Assembly (NCBI GenBank): GCA_963677595.1
Contig: OY782041.1
Location: 1,184,001 to 1,248,000, forward strand
Direction: 5' to 3'
Source of the DNA: Spirochaetia bacterium
GTDB taxonomy: Bacteria; Spirochaetota; Spirochaetia; CAKZLE01
Length of the DNA: 64,000 bases
Shown here: positions 40,004 through 49,750 of the stretch, one piece after another
Numbering within the stretch: the first letter of the stretch is position 1
How the letters are laid out: every line of letters begins with the position of its first letter
Notes under the pieces: model-generated
The model's input: only the letters and a program-made list of their open reading frames with translations
What the model was told of the DNA's origin: nothing
The model's database searches: none
Translations under genes and position numbers: made by a program

Positions 40004-41260
40004 CTACCCGTTGTACCGGCCGACGACGATCGCACCGTTGTGGCCGCCGAAGCCGAGCGACTCGGAGAGCGCATAGTCGATCTTCCCCTCGACGCCCTTG
40101 TTCGGGACGTAGTCGAGGTCACATTCAGGATCCGGCGTCTCCAGGTTGATCGTGGGCGGGAAGAACCCGTCCCTGATCGCCAGCAGGGAGATGATCGCCT
40201 CGACCCCGCCTGCAGCCCCTACCATATGGGAGGTCATCGACTTGGTCGATGATACCTTGAGCTTGTAGGCATGTTCGCCGAACGCCCGCTTGATCGCCTT
40301 GGTCTCCATCGGGTCATTGACCGGTGTGGAGGTCCCGTGTGCGTTGATGTAGTCGATATCCTCAGGCTTGAGCCCGGCTTCCGTCACCGCTGCCAGCATA
40401 GCCCGTGCGGCACCGTCACCATCAGGGTCCGGCGCGGTCAGGTGGTAAGCATCACAGGTCATGCCGTACCCGAGCACCTCACCGTAGATCTTCGCCCCCC
40501 GTGCCTTGGCATGCTCGAGTTCCTCGAGCACCAGGATCCCGGCTCCCTCGCCGATGATGAACCCGTCCCGGTTCTTGTCGAAGGGACGGCAAGCCTTCTC
40601 AGGAGTATCGTTATAGCCTGTGGAGAGTGCCTGTATCTTGCAGAAACCGGCGACGCCGACCCGGGTGATCGCCCCTTCAGCCCCTCCGGTGACCGCGGTA
40701 TCTACGGTCCCGTACCTGATGGCCTGGAATGCGGCACCTATCGCATCGGTACCTGACGAGCAGGCAGTCACGATCGTGCTGCAGGGCCCCTTCAGACCGA
40801 ACCTGATCGCGATGTTCCCGGCACCCTCATTGGCTATGAGCTTGGGGATCGTCATCGGGGGCATGCCCCTCGGCCCCTTCTCCAGGAGCTTCTCGACGCC
40901 CTGCTCGGCGATCTCGAACCCGCCGATGCCGTTACCGAGGAAGACCCCGGTCCGGTAGGGGTCGTACTTCCTGTCCTCCAGGTCGTCGAGCCCCGCGTCT
41001 TCCATCGCCTTGATGGCGCCGTACATAGCGTAGACGGTGAAATCGGCCATCCCGCGCATCTCTTTTCGGTCCATGACGGTCGAGGGATCGAAATCCTTCA
41101 CCTCGCCGGCGACCTTGGACGTGTAGTCAGTGGTATCGAACTTCGTCATCGGTCCGATCCCTGACTTCCCTGCCCTGATGTTATTCCACAGTTCCTCGAC
41201 AGTATGCCCCAACGGTGTTACGACACCCATCCCGGAAACCACTACTCGTCTCTTTTCCAT
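40004..41260 (-). CDS. fabF: 3-oxoacyl-ACP synthase II
   Basis: RRVVVSGMG, TACSSG, NAHGTST..ND, STKSMT.H, GFGGHN. Confidence 0.97.
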   Translation of the reverse strand: MEKRRVVVSGMGVVTPLGHTVEELWNNIRAGKSGIGPMTKFDTTDYTSKVAGEVKDFDPSTVMDRKEMRGMADFTVYAMYGAIKAMEDAGLDDLEDRKYDPYRTGVFLGNGIGGFEIAEQGVEKLLEKGPRGMPPMTIPKLIANEGAGNIAIRFGLKGPCSTIVTACSSGTDAIGAAFQAIRYGTVDTAVTGGAEGAITRVGVAGFCKIQALSTGYNDTPEKACRPFDKNRDGFIIGEGAGILVLEELEHAKARGAKIYGEVLGYGMTCDAYHLTAPDPDGDGAARAMLAAVTEAGLKPEDIDYINAHGTSTPVNDPMETKAIKRAFGEHAYKLKVSSTKSMTSHMVGAAGGVEAIISLLAIRDGFFPPTINLETPDPECDLDYVPNKGVEGKIDYALSESLGFGGHNGAIVVGRYNG

Positions 41261-41321
41261 ACTAACCAATCTCCAACTAAAATAAGGTATCTATCTCTGA
41301 AGCCCGGCACGAGTGCCGGTG

Positions 41322-42047
41322 CTACATCGTCATCCCGCCATCGACCGCCAGGACCTGGCCGGTGATGTAGGAAGCTCTGTCTGATGCGAGGAAGATCACG
41401 GCGTCCGCGACGTCACTGGTCTCCCCTAAGCGTGCCAGGGGGATCTGCCCCGAGAGGCTCTCTTTGACCTCATCCGACAGGACATCGGTCATATCGGTCT
41501 TGATGAAGCCCGGTGCAATGACATTGACCCGCACGGACCGGGAGGAGAACTCCCGTGCCAGGCTCTTGGAGAACCCGATGAGCCCGGCCTTCGATGCCGC
41601 ATAGTTCGCCTGGCCGGCATTACCCATGAGGCCGACCACCGATGATATATTGATGATCACCCCGCTCCTGGCCTTAGCCATCGAACGGACGACGTTCCTG
41701 CAGGCGATGAAGGCGCCGGTCAGGTTGACCTTGAGGACCTCCTCGAAGGCTTCCGTCTTCATCCTCATCATCATGCCGTCCCGGGTTATCCCGGCATTGT
41801 TCACCAGGACATCGACCTTCCCGGCCTCTGCAAGGACCTGCTTGAAGGCAGCTTCTATCGACTGCTCATCGGACATGTCCGTCTGGATCCAGGAAGCCTG
41901 CAGCCCGGCATGGTCCGCTGCCTGCGACCTGCTGAGGTAATAGACCGAAGCCCCCTGTTCGACCGCCTTCTTCACGATCTCATGGCCGATCCCCTTGGAC
42001 CCGCCGGTAACCACTACTACTCGTTCTTTCAGTTCCTGACCCATCAC
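41322..42047 (-). CDS. fabG: 3-oxoacyl-ACP reductase
   Basis: TGGSKGIG, NNAGITRD, GQANYAASK, ITGQVLAVDGG. Confidence 0.96.
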   Translation of the reverse strand: MMGQELKERVVVVTGGSKGIGHEIVKKAVEQGASVYYLSRSQAADHAGLQASWIQTDMSDEQSIEAAFKQVLAEAGKVDVLVNNAGITRDGMMMRMKTEAFEEVLKVNLTGAFIACRNVVRSMAKARSGVIINISSVVGLMGNAGQANYAASKAGLIGFSKSLAREFSSRSVRVNVIAPGFIKTDMTDVLSDEVKESLSGQIPLARLGETSDVADAVIFLASDRASYITGQVLAVDGGMTM

Positions 42048-43004
42048 CTACTTCTCCTGTGCTGCACTGATCTCATCGATGCCGTCCCAGGTACCGACCG
42101 GCATGCATGCATGCGCCGACGGCCCGGCTTTCCAGAAGCCGGCAAGTACCTTGCCGGGTCCCATCTCGTAACAGCCGTCGATCCCGTCGCCGGTCTGCCT
42201 GACGATATCATCTACTATCTTCGTCCATCGCACCGGCGAAGTCAACTGTTCAGCGAGGGCCTGCTTCGCAGCCTCGGCTGTCAGGACCATCGAGCCCGAC
42301 ACATTCGCATAGACCGCCTTGGCCGGGTCTGAGAAGTCGAAGCCTTCGAGGAATGTACTGAACCGGTCAGCTGCTCCCTGCATCAGCGGTGTATGGAACG
42401 GTCCCGAGACCTTGAGGGGGATGACCCTCCGTGCCCCGGCCTCCTTGAGCAGCGGTGTGACGGCACTGATGGCCTCAGTCACCCCGGCAAGCACGACCTG
42501 GCTGACGCTGTTGTCGTTCGCGATGTAGAGATGCTCGAGCGATGCTGAGGAGAGTACGTCCGCCACCGCGTCGAACCCCTGCCCGATGACTGCCGCCATA
42601 CCGAGGTCCCCGATGGTGGAGGCGACCTTCCCGGCCTCCTCGCCCATGATCTTCCCCCGCATGCTGGCGATCCTGAAGAGGCTTTCCGCATCCATGATCC
42701 CCGCAGCATGATAGGCTGTGAGCTCGCCGAGGCTGAACCCGGCGAAGATGTCGCAGGCAAAGCCCCGTTCCTGCATCAGTGCATGCACTGCCGCATTCAC
42801 GAGCGTGATCGAGATCTGGGTGTATTCTGTCTGCTTGAGCTGTTCCTCGTCCCCTGAGAAGAGGACTTCTGCCATATCGAACCCGCTTGCCTCCGATGCC
42901 AGGTCGAAGAGTGCCCGCACCGATGCGGACTGTTCATACAGGTCCTTCCCCATCCCGGGGTACTGTGCTCCCTGCCCGGGAAACAATCCTATCCGTGTTA
43001 CCAT
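42048..43004 (-). CDS. fabD: Malonyl-CoA:ACP transacylase
   Basis: FPGQGAQ..GMG, GFSLGE, VSGPFHTPLM, PVRW, EMGPG. Confidence 0.96.
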   Translation of the reverse strand: MVTRIGLFPGQGAQYPGMGKDLYEQSASVRALFDLASEASGFDMAEVLFSGDEEQLKQTEYTQISITLVNAAVHALMQERGFACDIFAGFSLGELTAYHAAGIMDAESLFRIASMRGKIMGEEAGKVASTIGDLGMAAVIGQGFDAVADVLSSASLEHLYIANDNSVSQVVLAGVTEAISAVTPLLKEAGARRVIPLKVSGPFHTPLMQGAADRFSTFLEGFDFSDPAKAVYANVSGSMVLTAEAAKQALAEQLTSPVRWTKIVDDIVRQTGDGIDGCYEMGPGKVLAGFWKAGPSAHACMPVGTWDGIDEISAAQEK

Positions 43005-44002
43005 ACGATCATCGACCCCCCTGAGGTCAGGCCGGCACCGAATCCCACGATGATGATCCGGTCACCCTTCTTCAGCCCGCCCGACTCCTCAAGGTTCCTG
43101 AGGGCGATCGGGATCGATGCTGCAGATGTATTGGCGAAATCCTCGATATTCACGAAGACCTTCTCTTTCGGTATCTTCAGCCGTTTCGCGGCTGCCTGGA
43201 TGATCCGGTCATTCGCCTGGTGGGGGATGATCATGTCGATATCATCGATGGTCAGCCCGTTGCGTTCCATGAGGTCCTTCGTCATAGCCCCAAGCTGCTT
43301 CACGGCGAAGTTGTAGACCTTCCGCCCGTCCATGGTGATGGTCACGTCCTTGATATCGACGCCGTCCTCCCGGATGGGGGACCGGGACCCGCCGCGATTG
43401 ACCATGAGGTACTCATAGCCGGAACCGTCAGCCTGCAGGATGGTATCCTGCACCCCGCGCTCGGTCGGCTCATCCTTCCGTGACACGATGGCACAGCCGG
43501 CCCCGTCACCGAAGAGCACGCAGGTGTTCCGGTCGTTCCAGTCGACGATGCTCGAGAGCTTCTCCGCCCCGATCATCAGCACGTTGGTCATGGCCCCTGA
43601 GAGGATCATTCCCCGTGCCACCTCGATCCCGTAGATGAACCCGGTACAGCCGGCAACGACATCCATCGCCGGGATGTTCTTCAGCCCGAGCTTCTCCTGG
43701 ACGATGCATGCGGTAGACGGGAACCCCACATGGTCCGGGGTCGCCGTCGCGATGATGATCCCGTCGATATCATCGAGGGTCAGGTCGCTTCGATCTATGG
43801 CATCCAGGGCAGCCTTGACCGCAAGGTCCGAGGTCGCCTGTCCGTCCGCAGCCAGGTGTCTGGCACCGATCCCGGTATGGGACCTGATCCATTCATCACT
43901 GGTGTCTACCGTCTGGGCAAGCTCATCATTGGTGACTCGCCGTGGGGGTACGAACGACCCCACTGCCTCGATAGTTATATGTGGTATGGTCTTTTGCTCC
44001 AT
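42998..44002 (-). CDS. fabH: 3-oxoacyl-ACP synthase III
   Basis: VDTSDEWI..TGI, AGCTGF, LFGDGAG, PHQAN, NTSAASIP, GFGAGL. Confidence 0.96.
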   Translation of the reverse strand: MEQKTIPHITIEAVGSFVPPRRVTNDELAQTVDTSDEWIRSHTGIGARHLAADGQATSDLAVKAALDAIDRSDLTLDDIDGIIIATATPDHVGFPSTACIVQEKLGLKNIPAMDVVAGCTGFIYGIEVARGMILSGAMTNVLMIGAEKLSSIVDWNDRNTCVLFGDGAGCAIVSRKDEPTERGVQDTILQADGSGYEYLMVNRGGSRSPIREDGVDIKDVTITMDGRKVYNFAVKQLGAMTKDLMERNGLTIDDIDMIIPHQANDRIIQAAAKRLKIPKEKVFVNIEDFANTSAASIPIALRNLEESGGLKKGDRIIIVGFGAGLTSGGSMIVW

Positions 44003-44044
44003 GTTCACTCCTGTCAATAGAAAGGTTATTTGGTTTATTTTTTA

Positions 44045-44096
44045 CAAATATTTGATTTTTGTCAATATTGACAGCGAAATATAATATCGTTAATAT
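44045..44096. promoter_or_regulatory. Divergent fabH/accB promoter region with palindromes
   Basis: CAAATATTTG (44045-54) and TGTCAATATTGACA (44060-73); + strand TTGACA-N17-TAATAT. Confidence 0.55.
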
Positions 44097-44147
44097 CTGA
44101 AGATGGACAGCAGTATCTGCATCCAAGAACCAACCAGGAGGAATACC

Positions 44148-44603
44148 ATGGAAATTGATTATATATCGTCACTTATCGACCTGTTCGAGAATTCATCCCT
44201 CACAGAGCTCCAGATCTCTGAGGACAACAAAGAGATCACGCTCAAGCGGGAGAAAGAGGTCCACATCCAGGCCGGCGCACCGGTCATGGCAGCAGCACCT
44301 GCAGCCGCACCAGCAGCTGCAGCTGCCCCGGCAGGGGAGCCTGCACTCCCCCAGGAACCTGACACGATCATCATCCCGTCCCCCATCGTCGGTACGTTCT
44401 ACCGGACGCCGGCACCGGATGCCCCCCCGTTCATCGAGGTCGGCGATACAGTGAATACGGGGGACGCCCTCTGCATCATCGAGGCGATGAAGATGATGAA
44501 CCGGCTCGAGGCCGAGTTCCCTTGTGAGATCGTGGCGATCCACGCGACCCATGGGAAGCTCGTCGAGTACGGGGCTGCCCTCATCGAGGTGAAGCGGATA
44601 TGA
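44148..44603 (+). CDS. accB: Acetyl-CoA carboxylase biotin carboxyl carrier protein
   Basis: Ala/Pro linker, SPIVGTFY, EAMKMMN biotinylation motif. Confidence 0.96.
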   Translation: MEIDYISSLIDLFENSSLTELQISEDNKEITLKREKEVHIQAGAPVMAAAPAAAPAAAAAPAGEPALPQEPDTIIIPSPIVGTFYRTPAPDAPPFIEVGDTVNTGDALCIIEAMKMMNRLEAEFPCEIVAIHATHGKLVEYGAALIEVKRI

Positions 44604-45919
44604 TCTCTTCCATACTGATTGCGAACAGGGGGGAGATAGCGGTACGGATCATCCGGTGCTGCAGGGATCTCGGCATCCGGTCAGTGGCGATCTATTCTGA
44701 GCCCGATGCGGACTCACTCCATGTGAAGATGGCTGACGAGTCCGTCTGCATCGGGCCGGCAGCCTCTGCGGCTAGTTATCTCAACACCCAGAACATCATA
44801 GCGGCAGCCTGCGGCAGGGGCTGCGATGCCATCCACCCGGGAGTCGGCTTCCTCTCAGAGAACGCCGACTTCGCCTCTGAGGTCAAGCAGGCAGGCCTGA
44901 TCTTCATAGGGCCTGAGGCTGAGACCATCAACCGTGTCGGGGACAAGGTCCAGGCGAGGAAGACCGCGCAGGATGCGGGACTCCCGCTGACACCGGGTTC
45001 CCCGGGGCCGGTAGAATCTGTCGAGGCCGCCCTTGCCGTTGCCTCCGATATCGGGTACCCGGTGATCATCAAGGCAGCAGCCGGCGGCGGCGGCAGGGGG
45101 ATGCGAATAGTCGACGCTCCTGAAGAGATGAGCGAGTCGTACGCCATCGCCTCCCATGAGGCCCTCTCGTTCTTCTCCAACGGGTCGATCTATATCGAGA
45201 AGTACCTCAGGAACCCGCGGCATGTCGAGGTGCAGCTCATCGCAGACACCCACGGTAACGTCGTCCACCTCGGTGAACGGGACTGCTCGGTTCAGAAGAA
45301 CCACCAGAAGCTGATCGAGGAGAGCCCGTCCACGGTCTTATCCTCCTCACAGCGTGATAAGATGTGCCGGGATGCCGTACGGCTCTTCAAGAAGCTCCAT
45401 TACCATGGGGCCGGCACGGTGGAGTTCCTCGTCTACGAGGGCAAGCACTACTTCATGGAGGTCAACGCAAGGGTCCAGGTGGAGCACCCGGTATCGGAGA
45501 CGATCTCGGGAGTCGACATCATCGCCGACCAGATCAGGGTCGCATCGGGAGAGGCGCTCAAGTACTCCCAGAAGCAGATCAACCTCACCGGCTATGCCAT
45601 GGAGTGCAGGATCAACGCGAAGACCCCCGGTCCTATCGCGTCCTTCAACCCGCCGCTCGGCCCGGGAGTGCGGGTCGACACCCACCTCTACTCAGGAGGG
45701 TCGATCAGCCCCTATTATGACCCGCTCGCGGCAAAGATCATCATCCATGCCGATGACAGGAAAGCAGGCATCACCATGATGCTCAGGGCCCTTCGGGAAC
45801 TGGAGATCGAAGGGATCACCACGAACCTGGATGAACAGCAGACCATCCTGACCTCTAAGCTGTTCAGGTCGGGTACGTTCGGAACCGATATCTATTCCAG
45901 GATTTTTCAGGAGAAGTAG
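44600..45919 (+). CDS. accC: Biotin carboxylase
   Basis: ANRGEIA, HPG.GFLSENA, GGGGRG, ERDCS.Q, FMEVNAR.QVEH. Confidence 0.96.
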   Translation: MISSILIANRGEIAVRIIRCCRDLGIRSVAIYSEPDADSLHVKMADESVCIGPAASAASYLNTQNIIAAACGRGCDAIHPGVGFLSENADFASEVKQAGLIFIGPEAETINRVGDKVQARKTAQDAGLPLTPGSPGPVESVEAALAVASDIGYPVIIKAAAGGGGRGMRIVDAPEEMSESYAIASHEALSFFSNGSIYIEKYLRNPRHVEVQLIADTHGNVVHLGERDCSVQKNHQKLIEESPSTVLSSSQRDKMCRDAVRLFKKLHYHGAGTVEFLVYEGKHYFMEVNARVQVEHPVSETISGVDIIADQIRVASGEALKYSQKQINLTGYAMECRINAKTPGPIASFNPPLGPGVRVDTHLYSGGSISPYYDPLAAKIIIHADDRKAGITMMLRALRELEIEGITTNLDEQQTILTSKLFRSGTFGTDIYSRIFQEK

Positions 45920-46750
45920 ATGGTAGATTCTAACAAAGGGCACTACCAGACGGTAGGCGACCTCGATATGAAACAGATCGTTGACTGCCCGTCGTGCAAA
46001 TCAGCACTGCGCAGGAACAAGCTCGAGGAGGCGCTCTATGTCTGCCCGGAATGCGGGTACCATTTCCGCCTCACACCCCCGGAACGCATACAGCAGCTTG
46101 CCGACCCGGAGAGCTTCCAGGAGTTCGCGGCGAACCTCACCTCGCAGAACCCGATAGAGCTCTCTGGCTATGAGTCGAAGCTGTCCCAGAACCAGAGGAA
46201 ATCAGACCTGAAGGATGCCGTGGTCGTAGGAACCTGCACGATAGAGGAGAACCCGGCGATCCTCGGCATCATGTCCTTCCAGTTCATGGGAGGCTCCATG
46301 GGGTCGGTCGTGGGTGAGAAGATCACCCAGGCGATCCTCCAGGGCGCCGACACCAACACCCCGGTCATCCTCTTCACCGCCTCCGGCGGGGCGAGGATGC
46401 AGGAGGGGATCTTCTCCCTCATGCAGATGGCGAAGACCTCCGCTGCCGCGGCACTCCTCGAGGAGACCGGCACCCCGCTCTTCATCGTGATCACCCACCC
46501 CACAACGGGCGGTGTGACTGCATCCTTCGCGATGCTGGGAGACGTCATCATCGCGGAACCCGGGGCCCTGATCGGGTTCGCGGGACCGAGAGTCATCGAG
46601 GGAACCATCGGGGAGAAGCTCCCCAAAGGGTTCCAGACAGCTGAGTTCCAGCTGGAGAAGGGATTCCTTGATGCCATCGTCCACAGGAAGGATTTGAGGT
46701 CGACCCTCTCCTACCTCCTGCGGATCCACAGCAAGACGAGGGGGAACTAA
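45920..46750 (+). CDS. accD: ACC carboxyltransferase beta subunit
   Basis: CPSC...CPEC zinc finger, FMGGSMGSVVGEK, SGGARMQEG, PTTGGV. Confidence 0.96.
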   Translation: MVDSNKGHYQTVGDLDMKQIVDCPSCKSALRRNKLEEALYVCPECGYHFRLTPPERIQQLADPESFQEFAANLTSQNPIELSGYESKLSQNQRKSDLKDAVVVGTCTIEENPAILGIMSFQFMGGSMGSVVGEKITQAILQGADTNTPVILFTASGGARMQEGIFSLMQMAKTSAAAALLEETGTPLFIVITHPTTGGVTASFAMLGDVIIAEPGALIGFAGPRVIEGTIGEKLPKGFQTAEFQLEKGFLDAIVHRKDLRSTLSYLLRIHSKTRGN

Positions 46751-46753
46751 GAG

Positions 46754-47752
46754 ATGAGTGAGAAACATGAGAATATAAACGAGCTCCTCGGGAAGCTGGA
46801 GAAGATCGCCAGAGAGGAGAAGCTCGACCTTGCGAAGGAGATCACCGACCTGAAAGCACGGCTGGTACCTATCGAGAAGAACCGGGAGATGAAACCCTCG
46901 ACCGCATGGGACCGCGTCTGCCTCGCACGTCACGTAGAGCGGCCGGGAGCCCTGGAATACATCAGGATGATCTGCGATGAGTTCATGGAGCTGCACGGGG
47001 ACCGGTACTACGGGGACGACCCCGCCCTGATCGGCGGGATCGGGACCATCGACGGTCAGCCGATCACCTTCATCGGGAACCAGAAGGGTTCCAACCTGAA
47101 GGAGAACATCGCACGCAACCACGGGATGGGACATCCCGAAGGATACCGCAAGGCCCTGCGCCTGGCAAAACAGGCCGAGAAGTTCAACCGTCCGGTCGTC
47201 ACCTTCATCGACACCTCAGGCGCCTACCCGGGGCTGGAGGCTGAACAGCGGGGGATAGGCGAGGCCATCGCACGGAACCTGAAAGATTTCTCGGTCCTGA
47301 AGGTGCCCGTCCTCTGCTTCATCATCGGGGAAGGCGGTTCCGGGGGTGCATTGGGCATCGGGGTGGGCGACAAGCTCTACATGCTGGAGAATGCCGTCTA
47401 CTCGGTCATCTCCCCCGAGGGATTCGCATCGATCCTCCTGCGGGATGCTTCCAAGGCTGAGCAGGCAGCGAACACCATGAAGATCACCGCCACTGACCTG
47501 AAATCGTTCGGGATCATCCACGACATCATCGAGGAACCGACCGGCGGGGCCCACAAGGACCCGCAGCTCGTCGCCTCGAGGATCAGGGACGTGATCTCCC
47601 GGGACCTGCAGGTACTATGCACCAAGCAGCCGGACCGGCTCGTACGCTACCGGATCAAGAAGATCCGCGGCATCGGCCACTTCAACGGCCCGGCAGGATC
47701 CTGGTGGGAGCAGCTGCTGAACATCTACCCGCTGACGCGGGCACTGCGCTGA
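46754..47752 (+). CDS. accA: ACC carboxyltransferase alpha subunit
   Basis: ELHGDR..GDD, PEGYRKA, DT.GAYPG..AE.RG, GEGGSGGAL, YSVISPEG. Confidence 0.96.
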   Translation: MSEKHENINELLGKLEKIAREEKLDLAKEITDLKARLVPIEKNREMKPSTAWDRVCLARHVERPGALEYIRMICDEFMELHGDRYYGDDPALIGGIGTIDGQPITFIGNQKGSNLKENIARNHGMGHPEGYRKALRLAKQAEKFNRPVVTFIDTSGAYPGLEAEQRGIGEAIARNLKDFSVLKVPVLCFIIGEGGSGGALGIGVGDKLYMLENAVYSVISPEGFASILLRDASKAEQAANTMKITATDLKSFGIIHDIIEEPTGGAHKDPQLVASRIRDVISRDLQVLCTKQPDRLVRYRIKKIRGIGHFNGPAGSWWEQLLNIYPLTRALR

Positions 47753-47758
47753 CATGAC

Positions 47759-47790
47759 GAAGCCCGGGAATCTCTCCCGGGCTTCTCTAT
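47759..47790. terminator. Hairpin terminator between accA and glycerate kinase
   Basis: GAAGCCCGGGA-atctc-TCCCGGGCTTC. Confidence 0.75.
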
Positions 47791-47814
47791 TGGATGGTAT
47801 CGGGCTCTCGGGTG

Positions 47815-48963
47815 CTATCTCTCGCCGACCCGTGCACCGACCGACATCAGCCTCGCGACCCGCTCACCGGTCTCCACGAGCAGTTCCCTGCTCCGGTCCA
47901 TCGCCTCCTTGAGCGGCATGGCCTTGTTCACGGTACTGATGACCACGTCGATCCCTACTTCGTAGACGTCCTCGAACTTGTCCCCGATATCCCCGACGAT
48001 CGCCACGACCGGTATATCCTTCACCTGTTTCGTCCAGCTCGCGATCCCTGCAGGGACCTTCCCGAAGACGGTCTGGAAGTCGAGCTTCCCCTCCCCGGTG
48101 ATCACCACATCGGCATCCTTCACGATCTCGTCGAACCGCACGATCGAGAGGACCGCGTCGATCCCGGGCTTGAGCTCGGCTCCGAGGAACCCGACAAGAC
48201 CGCCGCCGAGGCCGCCGGCTGCCCCGCTTCCCGGGATGTCGGCGACATCGCAGGTAAGCTGGTCCTTCACCAGCCGGGCGCAGTGAGCGAGGGCGGCATC
48301 GAGCTGCTCCACCATCTCCGGTGTCGCCCCCTTCTGGGGCCCGTAGGTGGCAGATGCCCCGTTCGGCCCGCATAATGGGTTGGTGACGTCACAGGCGACA
48401 GTGATATGGGCATTGGGGATCCTCGCATCGAGCCCCGATATATCGATGGTCTCGATAGACTGGAGCGCCCCGCCCCCGTAGCCGATCTCGTTCCCGGCCT
48501 TGTCCCGGAAGCTCACGCCCAGGGCTTGGGCCATCCCTACACCGAAGTCATTGGTGGCACTGCCACCGATCCCGATGAGGATCTCGGTACAGCCGGCATC
48601 GAGGGCTGCCTTGATCAGTTCACCCGTCCCGTAGGTCGTGGTATACAACGGGTTTCGCTTCTCTTCCGGGACCAGGGGGAGACCGGAGGCTTCCGCCATC
48701 TCGATCACAGCCTTGCCGCCGGGCAGGATCCCGATCATGGCATCGACCGGCTCCCCGGTCGGCCCGGTCACGGAGAAGACCTTCCGCTCCCCGTGGGAGA
48801 CCTGGAGGACCGCCTCAGTGGTCCCCTCACCCCCGTCCGCCACCGGGACGATCACATACTCCGCATCGGGGTAGATCTTCACCATCCCCTCCTCGATCGC
48901 CCTGCAGACCCGCTCTGCCGTATTGCTTCCCTTGAATGAATCAGTCGCTATCACACATTTCAT
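47815..48963 (-). CDS. glxK: Glycerate kinase (GlxK/GarK family)
   Basis: DSFKGS, ADGGEGT, EMAEASG, GGSATND, GAAGG, TGEG; AAGGAGG RBS before ATG 48963. Confidence 0.94.
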   Translation of the reverse strand: MKCVIATDSFKGSNTAERVCRAIEEGMVKIYPDAEYVIVPVADGGEGTTEAVLQVSHGERKVFSVTGPTGEPVDAMIGILPGGKAVIEMAEASGLPLVPEEKRNPLYTTTYGTGELIKAALDAGCTEILIGIGGSATNDFGVGMAQALGVSFRDKAGNEIGYGGGALQSIETIDISGLDARIPNAHITVACDVTNPLCGPNGASATYGPQKGATPEMVEQLDAALAHCARLVKDQLTCDVADIPGSGAAGGLGGGLVGFLGAELKPGIDAVLSIVRFDEIVKDADVVITGEGKLDFQTVFGKVPAGIASWTKQVKDIPVVAIVGDIGDKFEDVYEVGIDVVISTVNKAMPLKEAMDRSRELLVETGERVARLMSVGARVGER

Positions 48964-49000
48964 CTCATTCCTCCTTATCTTCGTACCTGCAGCCGGATCC

Positions 49001-49696
49001 TCATACACTCACGGCATACTCTTCTATATCATCTATCGCATTGGAGAGGTGGACCCTCATCGCCTCAGCTGCCGCTGCCGCATCATGGTCCCTGACAGCC
49101 TCCAGTATTGCCCCGTGCTCTGCCACCGTACGGGAGAGACGCCCCGGGGTGTTGAGGCTCGCGATCCATCCCTCATTGAGACTCTCCGCCATGGTCCCCA
49201 TCAGGACCGACAGGGTCCTGTTATGGGCCATCTCCGAGATCGCAAGGTGGAATGCACTGTCACGGGTGATCGCTTCGGGGGTGTTCCCCTCCTCGACCTG
49301 GGTGCAGAAATCATGGAAAGCCTCCTCTAGCTTGAGGAGCCCCTCCCCGTCTACCTTCCTGGCGGCCATAGCCGCAGCATAGGGTTCGAGCTGGAGCCTG
49401 ATCTCAAAATGTTCCTTCAGCAGCCCCACATTACTTACGACCCATTCGATGAGGGAGGAGGCATGTTCGGGTCGGTCGGTGAGGAAGATCCCCTTCCCCT
49501 GGTGGACCTCCACGAACCCGGAAGCCTCCAGCATGCGTACAGCCTCCCTGATGGAGGACCTGCTGACCCCCAGCCGCTTCGAGAGCTGGTTCTCGCTGTA
49601 GAGCTTGTCACCCGGCTTCAGCCCCTCTTCAGAGATGATCTGCTGTATTGCCTCGCGGACGGTCTCCGAGAGCCGTCCTTTCTTATCTGACTGCAT
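49001..49696 (-). CDS. FadR/GntR-family regulator
   Basis: LKPGDKL.SE..L...LGVSRSSIREA...G.G; FCD domain (D..FH, EH..I..A). Confidence 0.93.
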   Translation of the reverse strand: MQSDKKGRLSETVREAIQQIISEEGLKPGDKLYSENQLSKRLGVSRSSIREAVRMLEASGFVEVHQGKGIFLTDRPEHASSLIEWVVSNVGLLKEHFEIRLQLEPYAAAMAARKVDGEGLLKLEEAFHDFCTQVEEGNTPEAITRDSAFHLAISEMAHNRTLSVLMGTMAESLNEGWIASLNTPGRLSRTVAEHGAILEAVRDHDAAAAAEAMRVHLSNAIDDIEEYAVSV

Positions 49697-49701
49697 GGGG
49701 T

Positions 49702-49746
49702 ATCATACCATGGGGTTGCTTGTCTGACAAGTGCTTGTCTGACAAG
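49702..49746 (-). promoter_or_regulatory. FadR promoter with two tandem palindromic operators
   Basis: CTTGTCTGACAAG at 49719-31 and 49734-46; minus strand TTGTCA-N17-TATGAT, ATG 5 nt later. Confidence 0.8.
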
Positions 49747-49750
49747 TTTT

